Below the pieces are notes generated by a model. The model was not told where the DNA came from. It did no database searches and saw only the letters and a program-made list of their open reading frames with translations. A stretch of DNA of 64,000 nt from Octopus vulgaris (taxonomy: Eukaryota). This document shows, one piece after another, positions 13,133 to 25,602 of the stretch (position 1 is its first letter; each line of letters begins with the position of its first letter). Position numbers and translations under genes: made by a program. Where the stretch lies: NCBI GenBank assembly GCA_951406725.2, contig OX597821.1, forward strand, positions 42,222,001 through 42,286,000, in the 5' to 3' direction.

Positions 13133-14121
13133 CTTTAGAAAAAAACAGAAGCAAAGGTACATCCACTTTACTACTTCATCTTCTAACATATGACAATTAC
13201 ATCAAACAAGTTGGTTAAAAATGAACTGATCAATTAAAATTCTGAGAGATCTCCAAGTTTCAAATTACAACTTTCAACATACTTACCTTCTAGTTTCAGC
13301 TATTTGACTATAGCCATACTGTAAGTAAACTATATTTGCTCAAGACCCATCCTTAACTATGAAGGCTAAATGATGAGGGAAAAAAATCATTGCAAATTTT
13401 TGTTTATTGTAAATACTAGGTATTTAAAGTTTCATATTCATTACTATTTCGGAAAGTGACTGTCATCTAAATACACTAATGACAACTATGAAACTGTGAG
13501 AAGTGTCTTACTGCATCTTTTGTGCCACAATTGTGGCCTCTGTTCTTCTGACAGTTAGTCTTTATCTCTCTAATTATGTTAATCAACATGATGTTGAAGC
13601 TCTACAATTAATCGTATATGTGAGTCAGTGTTACTGACTATTACTTTCAGAGTACTTATTCAATACTTTAAACAAATCTTCCTTCCTTTCCACAATTACT
13701 TTTTGCTACTAACTTGAAACAATTCCAATTGAACAAGAATCAATTTAATCCCACCCCAATTATCTTGATCTTTCAGCTTCTGTAAAGCTAACAAAAATCA
13801 TGAAGACTATTGGTCTTCTTCGGAGACAATAAGTAGAAAAACAAGAAATTACTTCAGAATTTAACACATTTCTTAATCTTTGAATTTCAAGTGATTATTG
13901 TTTGTACCCTAAATACTACATACATCCTCTATCAGCAATGATCTCCTCTGAATTGTTAATAATAAGTAAGGTACATTCAATAAAGGGACCTAAAAACTCA
14001 TTTGCTGGAAACATAGCTAACACTAGCTCACACATACAACCAATAAGGAAGTGTCTATATGGAACTGAAGCTACTAGAAATAGCAACCAAATCGTTTTCG
14101 AATCTCACCCTACCATCTTAA

Positions 14122-14498
14122 TCCCTTTTGTTACTATATTTCTGTTGAAAGACACAACCTATATTTAAATTAGTCTTGTAAACAATGAAGAATTTAATAA
14201 AGTAACTTTGTCATTATTTTACCAAGTATTTGAAACATAAGCCAACAAAAAATGTTGAAGGTTTCAATTTAAATCACTTTAACATTTCAATAAGAATTCA
14301 CCTGACACCTTCCTTAGTTCTAGAATACAAACTTCTTGTCTTAAAGTGATCTAAATTAAAGTTTCCCTCAGAATTCCATATTGATTTATGTTCAAAACGC
14401 CAGTTAATAACATAAATACTTGGCTGTATTCTTCATTATTTTCGAAATTAATTGAAACAAAGGCTGTGTATTTCAATAGAAATATGATAACAAAGGGG
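14122..14498. mobile_element. piggyBac-like MITE
   Basis: TTAA flanks. Inverted termini CCCTTTTGTTACTATATTTCTGTTGAAA and TTTCAATAGAAATATGATAACAAAGGGG. Confidence 0.6.
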
Positions 14499-14589
14499 TT
14501 AAAACATGAAGTTTGTACTGTAGAACCAATGGTAAACTAGAGATTTCCTCAAACAACATTGAAATTAAACACAAAACCAGTGTAAAAAA

Positions 14590-15278
14590 TCATCATTTAA
14601 CATCTGCTTTCCATGCTAGCATGGGTTGGATGGTTTGACTGGGGTCTGGGAAGCCAGGAGGCTGCACCAGGCTCCAATCTGATCGGGCAAAGTTTCTACA
14701 GCTGGATGCCCTCCCTAATGCCAACCACTCCGAGAGTGTAGTGGATGCTTTTACGTGCCACCGGAATGAGGGCCATTCAGACGGTTCTCGCAATGACCAT
14801 GCTCAAAAGGTGTTTTTTACGTACTACCTGCACAGGAGCCAGTCTGGTGGCACTGGCAACGACCATGCTCGAATGTTGTTTTTCACATGCCAGTAAGGCA
14901 ACGATCACGCTCGAATGGTGCTTTTTATGTGCCACCGGCACAGGAGCCAATCAGCGGCCCTAGCAACAATCACGCTCAGATGGTGCTTTTAACGTTCCAC
15001 TGGCATGAGTGCCAATCAGATGGTACTGTCATTGGCTACATCAGCAATTTTGATTTCATTTGCCTCAATAGATCTTCGCAAGCAAAGTTTATTGTCCAAT
15101 GAATGAGAGGTACTCATAAGCATAGGCCATGGGTTATGGTCTCACTTGCATAGGTCCCACTAGCATAGGCCACGGGTTATGGTCTCACTTGGCTTATCGG
15201 GTCTTCTCAAGCACAACATATCTCGGTCACTAGTCATTGCCTCGGTAAGGCCCAATGTTTGAAGGTCATGCTTCACCA
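14590..15278 (-). mobile_element. RTE LINE 3' end copy
   Basis: Reverse complement of the 24040-24668 architecture, with about five tandem units. Confidence 0.8.
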
Positions 15279-16876
15279 AAGCCTGAAAGTCACAAGTCAC
15301 TCTTTCCAGTAAAGTTTCCTAAAGTAAGAGCCAAATATTTATTTCAGTGACAAATTTATTACAAAGGTAGAAGTCCATCAAGGTTCAAGTCCCAGCCCTT
15401 TTCTATTCACCATAGTCCTACAGCCTATCACTGAGGAGTTTAAGGCTGGCTGTTCTTGACAACTCTTAAATGCTGGTGTAGTTTCTATGGCTGGATGCCC
15501 TTTCTAAGCCAACCACTCCAGCACAGGTGCCAGTTATATGACACCACCACTGGCCATGACAATGATTTCACTTGGCTTAATGGGCCTTCTCAAGCACGGC
15601 ATATTGTCACTTGTCATTGCCTCCGTGAGGCCCCATCATTCAAAGATCATGCTTCACCACCTTGACTCATGACTTCCTGGGTCTACCTCTTTCACAGGTT
15701 CCATCCACAGCTAGAGATTAGCATTTCTTTACACAGTTATCATACAAAAGCAGTCGTCTCTCTTGCACATCACATCTGACGCCTCTTATGCCTAACTTTT
15801 TCTCTCAAAATGCTTACACTCTGTTGTACATGCACACTGACATTGCACATCCAGTGAATTAAGGAGGAAATTCCAGCCATGGAAGTTAAATCTAAAATTG
15901 AGAGGCTTCTAGGAAGATTTAGCAAAGACTTTCCTACTTTCTGTTTTAGCAAGCAAGAAAGAAGACAAAACTTCCCTATCATCAAGGAAATGTCCTTGCT
16001 TAGTATGCACAAAAAGCATAGATATAAATTACATACACAGTATCCAATATAAACTATGGACATTACAGGCAGACTAACAGAGAAAGTAAGATATGTATAT
16101 GCCAGGTGCACTAGAGCAGTACGTACTAAGGGTACACCAAAAATGCCCAGATGGCTCACTAAGATTAGTCAATAACTTTTGTTAGGAGACATAATTACCA
16201 GAGGAGGTAGTTGCTGGAAAAAGTTCAGGGAGCTATAAACACTTGGCAATAAAGGTCTCTTCCTTCAGATAGAAAGGAAGATTGTATGATGCTCGAATTA
16301 GCACTGCAATGCTGTATGGCAGCAAGCCATGCACCTAGAATGCTGAAGATTTGCAAAGACTAGAGAAAAAAATGAAGTTTGTAGTAGTATATATTTGTAG
16401 TACTATATATAAATTAATTTTATAGTAAGTTTAACTAACTGGTGTGTATATATTTGAACCATTTTTCTATTTTAAATTCTTGTAGTCATAGTTTGTAGTA
16501 GTATTATGTATATAAGTTAGCATGAAGTTTTTTAGTATATATTACTTAATTAGAAAAAGATTTAACTTAGATGTTTATTAAATAAATAAATAATTTAATG
16601 TATATAGATTAAATTATAGTATTTTGAAGTGTAGGTGTGTTTACGTCCCCATAACTTAGCAGTTCAACAGAGACTGATAGAATACGTACCAGGCTTAGAA
16701 AAAAGTCCTGGGGTTGGTTCATTTGACTAAAATCTCAAAGTGAAATGAATAAAAGATGAAAGATAAATAAATAGATAAACCTTATATATTCTAATTTAAT
16801 GCTCTAGGTCCTTTTTTTCTTAAGAATACAAATTTGTTTTTAACCAAACAATAAATATTTATCAGAATTTACTGAC

Positions 16877-16956
16877 TTTTTAACATCTGTACAGTAATAC
16901 TGGAGTGAGTTTGTGGGAGTAGAGAATTCCAAATCCTTTGAAGTTAATCCATAAAC
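16877..16956 (-). CDS. FXN: Frataxin coding exon 2 (linker)
   Basis: Acceptor tttcttctctattcaatag; VYGLTSKDLEFSTPTNSLQYYCTDVK+AA; donor gtcagt. Phase 0 in and phase 2 out, exactly what is needed to join exons 1 and 3. No homology evidence. Confidence 0.6.
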
Positions 16957-17035
16957 CTATTGAATAGAGAAGAAAGTACTGAGTCACTAAAAGGACATTT
17001 TAGGCATAGATAGTTTGGAATTTTTATATATTTGT

Positions 17036-17445
17036 GAAAAAACAGAGTACAAGACACACAACACAAGGAATATTTCCCTTCTTCAGTTGTCCCCGTTTCG
17101 TCTACTCCATGTTTCGAAGGTAAGGACAAGATGCGACTTCATTGAAATAGTCCTTCCCGCAAAGCAAATTAAATAAAATTTGGGATTTTTTGCGGAGGGG
17201 TAAAAGTGGTAACAAGAACAGGACAGTAAAAACAAAACAAGACAGCAAAAACAATACAAATAAAAACAGTAAAAGACAGGACAAGGAGAATAACACAGTA
17301 AAAACAAACAATGAGGGCTGTTAAGCCAAGACGATGGGAAAATTATTATTGAACGCAAAAAATCCCAAATTTTATTTAATTTCAACAGGGACAACTGAAG
17401 AAGGGGAATATTCCTTGTGTTGTATGTCTTGTACTCCGTTTTTTC
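17036..17445. repeat. Inverted repeat within a repeat element (possibly a Penelope-like terminal repeat)
   Basis: 17036-17097 pairs with about 17384-17445, and 17166-17194 pairs with 17354-17382. The second arm lacks about 70 bp. Family assignment is tentative. Confidence 0.7.
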
Positions 17446-17667
17446 GTTGTTTGAAAAAGTCCATTTCCATTTTCTTGTTTTTATGTTTTCGTTTCTCATT
17501 GTGTTCGACATTTTTTTGGTGTCCTGTACCCATATATGCATGTATATATATATATATATAGATGTAGGTATGTACATATATGTATGTATATATGCATATG
17601 TTTATATATTATTTATGTTATTATATGATCGAACGCCACACATCCTTTCCCAAGTAAGTTTTAAAAG

Positions 17668-17711
<44 letters not shown>

Positions 17712-17795
17712 ACTTTGTGTATGTATGTGTGTGTGTATATATATATATATTTATATATTGTCTGGTTGTTTCATGTTCTTGCCCGATTTTGTATT

Positions 17796-17843
<48 letters not shown>

Positions 17844-18559
17844 GTACGTACACTTTGGTCTCTCATATGTAAGTATATATTTATCTAAATCTTGTATGAC
17901 TCTTCTTTCTTTTATTCTCTCTATCAGCCCTTTCATGCTTACTTCGTTCTTTCGTTTCCCCTCTCTCACATTTCCTTGCCTTCTCTTCATGCTCACTTTC
18001 CCTCCTCTTTTCACTTCACTGTGTCCCTGTCATTTTTTCTTGCCCCTCCTTAATTCTTCTGTCCTTCTGCCTCTTCCTCTCTCTCTTCTCTCTCCACGTG
18101 ACCTTTCTTTCTTGGTTCGGCCGCCATCTGTGCAACATCTGTATTCCTCTCTGTGCCTGTGAAATCCTATATCCCTGCCATAAGGCTTTATTTCCACACA
18201 CACCAGCTTAATTTAATTCGTCCTTAGTTGAAAGACACCTGTTGTTATGTCCTGTTATTTGTATTTATGTAACATTTTCCGGTTTTTATTTTCTGTCCTT
18301 GTTTTTGTATACATTCCCTGCTTTCTTCCAAGGAATCTAATGCTCTTAGCTTAGTTTTTCCTTGGGGCTGGCCAGATTGGAGCAATCTCGAGTATAACCA
18401 GCTGAAATTGCAAAGATAATCTGGAACTTGACTGAGGAAAGAAAACTCCGAATGACCTGTCCTTGTTTTCTTTGCATCGTCTATCTGGATGTTTTGTTGT
18501 CCCTTTTTTTGTATCAGTTAACTGTCTGGATGTTTTGCGTTCTTGTCCCATTTTGTATT

Positions 18560-18591
<32 letters not shown>

Positions 18592-19259
18592 TTCATATTC
18601 TCTCTGCTCATAATTCCTGGGAGGGTCAAGTCTCCTACACAGTGTCATATCAGAAGCAACCATCATATTCCAGCTGAATTCCCACCATGTCATTGATCTA
18701 CTTCTAGGTCTCCTGCCAGTGTGCTCCATTTGAAGAAACCATCTTACAATTCTTTTCTGTGGCATGCTAATCACAAGTCCATAGCACTGAAGCTGTGACC
18801 TCTCAACGCAGAGAAGTAGCACCTTGACTTAGAAAGACTCTCTGATCTCTGAGCTACACAACGTCAAGTAAGGTTACCCCAGAGATCCTTTTGCTGAACT
18901 CCATATTGGCTGCTTGCATTCACAATCATATTCTTTTGGTCATTGCCAAGCATTCGTGACCATAAGTGTAGATGGCACATAGAATACATATATAATCTCA
19001 TCATCATCATGGAATGTCTGTTTTCCATGCTGCTGTAGGTTGGGCACTGAGCCCCAATGTTAGCTCTGACATGGTTTCTATAGCTGGATGGCCCTCCTAG
19101 TGTCAACCACTGGGTGATTATTTTTTGTGACACGAGTATTAGTGAGATTGCCAAGTAACTAGCAAAAAAAAAAGAAAAGAAAAGAAAAACACCTACTCAA
19201 CTGAGTGGAAGTGTATTTGAGAGAATGAGAGTTAGCTTATGGTCGTTGTTGAAAGACTA

Positions 19260-20120
19260 AAATATGACAGGTGTTTGCTAAAAAGGGAACACATAGCTAA
19301 GGTTGAATGGCTATCCACCTGATAGGCTCAGGAAAAACTTAACCTATGCCTTGAATTTTCAAGGAAATCAGCCACCTTCAGGCAGCTGATTTCCTTGATG
19401 TGACCTTAAACTTAGTCACTAGTGCTTATAAGCCTTATAGGAAACCAAATGAGAGACACATATTAATACAGCTTCCTGACATTCAGCCATGGTGTTCAGG
19501 CAGTCAGCAGAAGAATCTCTAACCTGTCTTCAAGTAAAAATATTTTCAACACCACAGCTCCTTATTACAATGACACCCTACCCTGGCTGCCAGCAGATTT
19601 AAGAATAAGATTAGTTACACAATTGATCTACTGTCAGTAAGGAAAAACACCATCAGTAAGTTTTGCGGTTCACCACTTCCACTTGTATAGGTAGGGTCTT
19701 TCTTAGTTCAGTCATAAACACTTCTCCCTAAACGCATACCTTACTTGTAGCTGTTTATCTATTATAAAGAAAATCTTAGTAGATAGGTCTGTCTACCTGA
19801 AACAAGGATAAGATGCTCTTTCAGAGGCAACCTCATGAACACTAAATGGCCACTGCAATAGAGACTGTTGTATGAGTTGGGGGTGACTACAAGGTATCGA
19901 AGCAGGCAGACAGATGTGTGGAAATATATGGGAAATATATGTGGAAATATATGGGCACTACAGATGTGTGGAAATATATGGGAAATATATGGGCACTACA
20001 GATGTGTGGAAATATATGGGAAGTATATGGGCACTACAGATGTGTGGAAATATATGGGAAATATATGGGCACTACAGAAAGTCCCTTAATGACCAAATTT
20101 AACAAATTTACTATTTAGGA
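19260..20120 (+). mobile_element. Decayed Penelope-like element (RT C-terminus and GIY-YIG remnant)
   Basis: FLDVTLNLVTSAYKPYRKPN near 19391, SRRISNLSSSKNIFNTTAPYYNDTL near 19505, and YEL...KYMGTTESP as the GIY-YIG remnant. Confidence 0.75.
19910..20078 (+). repeat. 38-bp tandem minisatellite, about 4 copies
   Basis: Unit CAGATGTGTGGAAATATATGGGAAATATATGGGCACTA at 19961, 19999 and 20037, with a longer variant starting near 19911. Confidence 0.95.
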
Positions 20121-21167
20121 GAGGTGAAACAAAGTCCTAGCAAAGATTACCACCAGAAATCCTGACATGCTAGAAACAACAGCTAAACCACATTATTTCT
20201 GGAAAAACTTCACCACTTTCAAAAAAGCTAAAAGTAAAACATTCGGAGGTGATGCGCAAGGGTTGGAGAAAGGGATTTGAGTGTTTCATTAAGAAAAAAA
20301 AAATTCTTAAAGATATGGTCACTGAAAGACAACACTGTAGAATACAGCATCAAATAAAGAGCACTGGGAAGATGCAAATCTTACTTCAATAGCAATAAGA
20401 GGTTATTGACAGACAAAAAGAATTCTGTTTAGCAACTCTCTTCACCTGAATACCTACCTAAACTGTAAAAACAAGCAATTTTTTTCCAATCTTGCCCTCA
20501 TGAGTGCAGATATGTAGTTGGATACAGGCTGATTGCAGCATAAATATAAACATTAGAGCTTCCAACTTCATGATTTGAGGGTTTGGTATAAGGTTTACCA
20601 CACCAAGCTTATCACAAACACACACACACACGTACATGTCCACGAGTAATTTTAAGACTGACCCTTCTTGCCATCCACACTACTACTCTACAGTTATTTT
20701 ACTTCATACATCGTGAAGGCACTGTCGGATTCCTATCCAAGGGACGTAACTCTAACAAGCAAAAGTTTCTAGATGTGACACTTCCTAATCGCCAGTGGCA
20801 AAGAATCATCACCATACTTTTCCGACAACCCTTTCTGATGACTGCCGATATGAGTTTTATCAGATTCTTGTGTATGAAACTGATTGGTAAAATCAGCAGA
20901 AATGGATCTTTGATACCATATTGTGTGTGTGTAGTGCTGATATCTCTGGCACCATTATTTTCTGCATATGACTTTTGAACCAGAGCTCTCAAAGAAAGTA
21001 TCAGTGGGAACAAAGAGGCAAGTGGGAAGACCGCCAATGGGGTGATAACGTATGTACTAAGATAGAGGGATGGATTTCCTACAGAAGTCAAAACATTTGG
21101 TCTGTTTTCTGACATGAAAACTGATTACTGAAGATGCATGTCGACCTGAGAGGCAATCATTTATAGT

Positions 21168-21476
21168 GTTAACTTGTTTGTTCCTTCTCGAGCCATGCCT
21201 GGCTCATAAGGGCCGGTTTCCCGGTTTCCTTGGCGTATAGGTTCCCCACCTGGACGGGACGCCGATCTGTCACAGGTGAGCTGCAAGATGCAGGAGGAGA
21301 GAGTGAGAGATGGTTGTGGCGAAAGAGTCAGCAGAAGTTCGCCAATACCTTCTGCTGGAGCCGCGTGGAGCTTAGGTGTTTCGCTCATAAACACACACAT
21401 TGCCCGGTCTGAGATTCGAACCAGCTATCTCTCAACTGCGAGTCCGCTGCTCTAACCACTAGGCCATGTGCCTCCA
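21168..21476 (-). mobile_element. tRNA(Arg)-derived SINE
   Basis: Head GTGGAGGCACATGGCCTAGTGG (A box), TCG anticodon-like loop and GGTTCGAATC (B box). CATTTATAGT target duplication at 21158 and 21477. Confidence 0.85.
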
Positions 21477-21664
21477 CATTTATAGTTTTAACCACTTATA
21501 GTGTTCTGTATGAATTGATGCGCTTTACACAAATACTACAATGGTAAATGATAACCGAGTGTCAAATCTGTGAATAGACTAGTAAATGTGACAGTAACAG
21601 CTGTAATAATGTTGGTTTCAAATTTTGGCACAAGGCCAGCAATTTCAGGGAGGGGTCAAGTTGG

Positions 21665-23035
21665 CAGTGTTTTATTCTTTTTTCTAAAACTTTTTCAGAT
21701 TCCTATGCTTTCGGTGTAGGAGAATACGATTTTGCCCAAAAATCACGTTTTCAAAATTTTAAGCCCCACCCCACCACCCCAATTTCTTAATCTTTAACTT
21801 TTTTCCAAATTTTTTTTTTAACTTTTAATTTTTCTTTAAGAAACACTCAATTCCTCTTACATTCCCAACCCACCCATCACCTCCTTGCTTTCAAAAAAAT
21901 TAAAGCTCAAAATGTTTCGCTTTCGTCTGATGTTTCAAACATGTCTAGAATTCTACTGAAATTGCAGGTGTCAAAACAAAAAAATCAGATTACCACCAGA
22001 AATCCCGACATGCTAGAAACAACAGCTAAACGACATTATTTCTGGAAAAAACCTCCTCACTTTCAAAAAAGCTAAAAGTAAAACATTTGGAGTTGATGGG
22101 CTAGGGTTGGAGAAGGGGATTTGAGTGTTTCATTAAGAAAAAAAAAATTCTTAAAGATTTGTAATCTCTATTTGGTTAATGTTTAAATGGCTATAGAAAG
22201 AAAGGAAGGCTTAAGAACTCGTGGCATAGATCAACACAGAAAGAACTAGAGAAAGGGGGACACTCATGGCAGAGTATAAGTACAGAAGCAAAAAATTATG
22301 TGACATGGAATTCAACTATATAAGTGGCCTATACTCCGCGTTGGAGGGTTAAAAGCAGGAAAAAAAAGTAGTGGTCATTTGCAAACTCAAGTGGTGACAC
22401 TTTCATTTCTCCTTAGCCCTCACGTCACACAGTTGTTAATGTTTATTTCAGTTGGGTCACGCCCTTCCAATTGCTATAGATCCATAATGCATCTTACGGC
22501 CATGCCAGTCACCTGGATGGTGAGGAATCCTACATTGGGAGTGGTAACGACTAGGATAGGGTAGCTGACTGATTATTGTGATCATTCGTCTTTTGGTTTC
22601 CTGTAGCTTTGCTCTCTTTTACAAACTCAGTGAACATACATATATTTCCTATTTCAAAGAAATTCAAACAATAGATATAAGACCCAAGTTAAAAAGATTC
22701 TCAACAATTCAACTTCTCTGGTTGACAATAGGGGCCATAACTCTCACATTTTAGAGCTCCATGACTTCCATTTTTCAGGAACAAAATCCTTTTAACAGGT
22801 TCTATAAGACTAGAATTTTGGAATATGCGCATAAAAATCAGTAGTATGGGACACATGTAGCACGATTACAATTTTTTTAGGGTGTGTAAAGAGGGAAATA
22901 ACCTCATCTGCAATTTTTATGAAATTCGAAACATAAGTATTCCAGTTCATTACAGAAAATATAACAGAAAAGTCTCATTCTTCAATTGCCTGTAACACGG
23001 GCAATGCCGGGTATATATATATATATAGCTGCTAG
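21665..23035 (+). mobile_element. Non-autonomous Helitron-like segment (3' end defined, 5' end uncertain)
   Basis: Ends CACGGGCAATGCCGGG...CTGCTAG|T, like the Helitron ends at 45776 and 49892. Internal 21986-22158 is also present at 20144-20314. Confidence 0.5.
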
Positions 23036-23036
23036 T

Positions 23037-24664
23037 GACGCTGCTAGTAAGGTGAGGGTTGGCAACGAGTACAGTGAAGAATTCCGGGTAGAGGTTGGGG
23101 ACCACCAAGGTTCAGTCCTCAGTCCCCTCCTATTTATCATAGTCCTCCAGGCAATAACGGAGGAATTCAAGACAGGATGCCCCTGGGAGCTCCTCTATGC
23201 TGATGACCTTGCTCTAATTGCTGAGTCGCTATCAGAACTGGAGGAGAAGTTTCAGGTGTGGCAGCAAGGATTAGAATCGAAGGGCCTTAGAATCAACCTA
23301 GCCAAAACCAAAGTCCTAATAAGTAGGAAGGTAGACCAATTACAAACGCCTTCAGGTAGATGGCCCTGCTCGATCTGTAAAAAAGGTGTAGGTAGAAACT
23401 CTATAAGGTGCATCAAGTGTAAGATATGGACACATAAGAGGTGCAGCAATGTCAAAGGAAGGCTAACTAGGAAAATAGTTTTTGTCTGTGGCAGATGCTC
23501 AGGAGCAATAAACACTGAAAATGTGCAGAGACCAACTTCTACCACGTTCCAAGGAGAAAAACTAGAAGTAGTTGATAGGTTCCGCTACCTAGGTGACCAA
23601 GTCAGTAGTGGGGGTGGGTGTGCTGAAAGTGTAACTGCTAGAGTAAGAATAGCCTGGGCAAAGTTCAGAGAGCTCTTACCCCTGCTGGTGACAAAAGGCC
23701 TCTCGCTCAGAATGAAAGGCAGACTGTATGATGCATGTGTACGAACAGCCATGCTACATGGTAGTGAAACATGGGCTGTGACTGCTGAGGATATGCGTAA
23801 GCTCGCAAGAAATGAAGCCAGTATGCTCCGATGGATGTGTAATGTCAGTGTTCATAATCGACAGAGTGTAAGTACCTTGAGAGAAAAGTTGGACCTAAGA
23901 AGCATCAGTTGTGGTGTGCAAGAGAGACGTTTGCGCTGGTATGGTCATGTGACGAGAATGGCTGAAGATAGTTGTGTGCAAAAGTGCCACACTCTAGCGG
24001 TTGAGGGAACCTGTGGAAGAGGTAGACCCAGGAAAACCTGGGACGAGGTGGTGAAGCACAACCTTCGAACTTTAGGTCTCACCAAGGAAATGACTAGAGA
24101 CCGAGACCTATAGAAGTATGCTGTGCGTGAGAAGACCCGGCAAGACTAGTGAGACCATAACCCATGGCCTCTACCTGGTATGTAGCCAGTCGACTTATAC
24201 ATACCTTTCCTTCTTGGGACACAAAACTCCACTTGTGAAGACCCGTTGAGGCAAGTGAAAATCAAAATCAAAATCAAACCAAATCAAATCAGATATCAGA
24301 AAGCAGAACCAAAATCGAAGTCGATCAACATCAATGGAAATTGCAGCTGTGATATCAGTGCCGGTGACAAGTAAGCGAACCATCCAATCGTGGCCGTTGC
24401 CAGCACCACCCTGACTGGCCCCTGTGCCGGTGGCACGTAAAAAGCACCATCCGTCTGTGGCCGTTTGCCAGCTCCGTCTGGCACCTGTGCGGGTGGCACG
24501 TAAAAAGCACCCACTACACTCGCGGAGTGGTTGGCGTTAGGAAGGGCATCCAGCCGTAGAAACACTGCCAGATTAGACTGGGCCTGATGCAGCCTTCTGG
24601 CTTCACAGACCCCAGTTGAACCGTCCAACCCATGCTAGCATGGAAAGCGGACGCTAAATGATGA

Positions 24665-24668
<4 letters not shown>
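23037..24668 (+). mobile_element. 5'-truncated RTE LINE with long RT reading frame, 3' UTR and (GAT)n tail
   Basis: HQGSVLSPLLF, LLYADDL, FRYLG, MLHGSETW, RRLRWYGHV and RGRGRPRKTW-type motifs, plus a Cys/His finger insert. The TAG at 24111 corresponds to TGG in the 1544 copy, so it is premature. Confidence 0.95.
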
Positions 24669-24701
<33 letters not shown>

Positions 24702-25602
24702 CAATCCCCTCTCCTTCCAATTCTACGGCCTTGGCCTTCAAGCAGGCTATCCACATGCTAGAAACAACAGCCAAATGTCACAAAACTGCAATAACATTAT
24801 GAACACCTATTAGACCCTTTTTTTTTTTCGTTTTAGTGACCGGGGGCTGCCGTGATCCTTTTACTGTTTCACTATAACGCATGCAGAAACAAAACAACCG
24901 TTCATTTTCACTTTTAGACAGTGGGATGTCGGCGAGGGGTGGTTGGAGTTTTCTATAAAAAATCTGAAATTAAAATTTGAATTTCTGTTTATTTTTTTCC
25001 ATATTCTTAATCTCCGTATTTTCCCACGTAAACTGATTGAAAAAATAAAATTCGAAACAAGTTTAAAAAAAAAAAACACTTTAATTTCGCGTGAATTACT
25101 TTGCCACATAACTGCGGGAAATTACTCTGAAAGAAATCTTTGCAGAAAAGTGAGGAGACAGATTACAAATTTCTTTCATTACGTTATCGCAGTTTTGTGA
25201 GATTTGGCTGTTAAGGTTAGGGCAGGAGCGAACCTTCGGTATATGGACCGGTGTAAGTACCAGATACATTTCAAAAAAGTGTTTTTTTTATATATATGGA
25301 GGGTTAGGGTTTGTATTAGGGGTGGGAGAAAAGAGTTAGGGTTTGTATTAGGGGTGGGAGAAAAGGGTTTATGGTATCTTCAGAAATGTAAACAAAGTCA
25401 CGTGTGTACATATATCGAAGCATCGCCCGTTAGTCGAACCTTCGGTATATTAGGGTTAGGGGGTTAATGTCGGGGGGAAAAGTCAAAATTGAAGAAGTTG
25501 GGGGAATAAATTTCACAATGCCGATTTTTGGCAATTTTCCGGAACCTCCGTATCCGAAAACGGGGATTTTTGGCAAAAAAAAAATTACAAAAGTAAACAA
25601 AT

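Noticed and set aside
18421-18470. Second hammerhead (CTGAGGA...CCGAA)
   Set aside because: GAAA is incomplete and stems I and III cannot be formed convincingly.
19910-20078. CRISPR-like array
   Set aside because: Units are directly adjacent with no unique spacers, there are no cas genes, and the context is eukaryotic; it is a minisatellite.
20385-20445. Possible extra FXN exon with cag/gtaag ends
   Set aside because: The phase 0 frame ends in TGA just before the donor and the other frames also contain stops. At most a poison exon, with no support.
20699-21115. 138-aa minus-strand ORF as an FXN exon or separate gene
   Set aside because: No recognisable motif. The nearby acceptor at about 21146 hits stops in all three frames, and the FXN model is in frame without it.
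21400-21476. tRNA-Arg gene (also at 30819 and 56969)
   Set aside because: The acceptor stem is not closed, and the sequence continues into a SINE body, with target-site duplications at two of the three copies.
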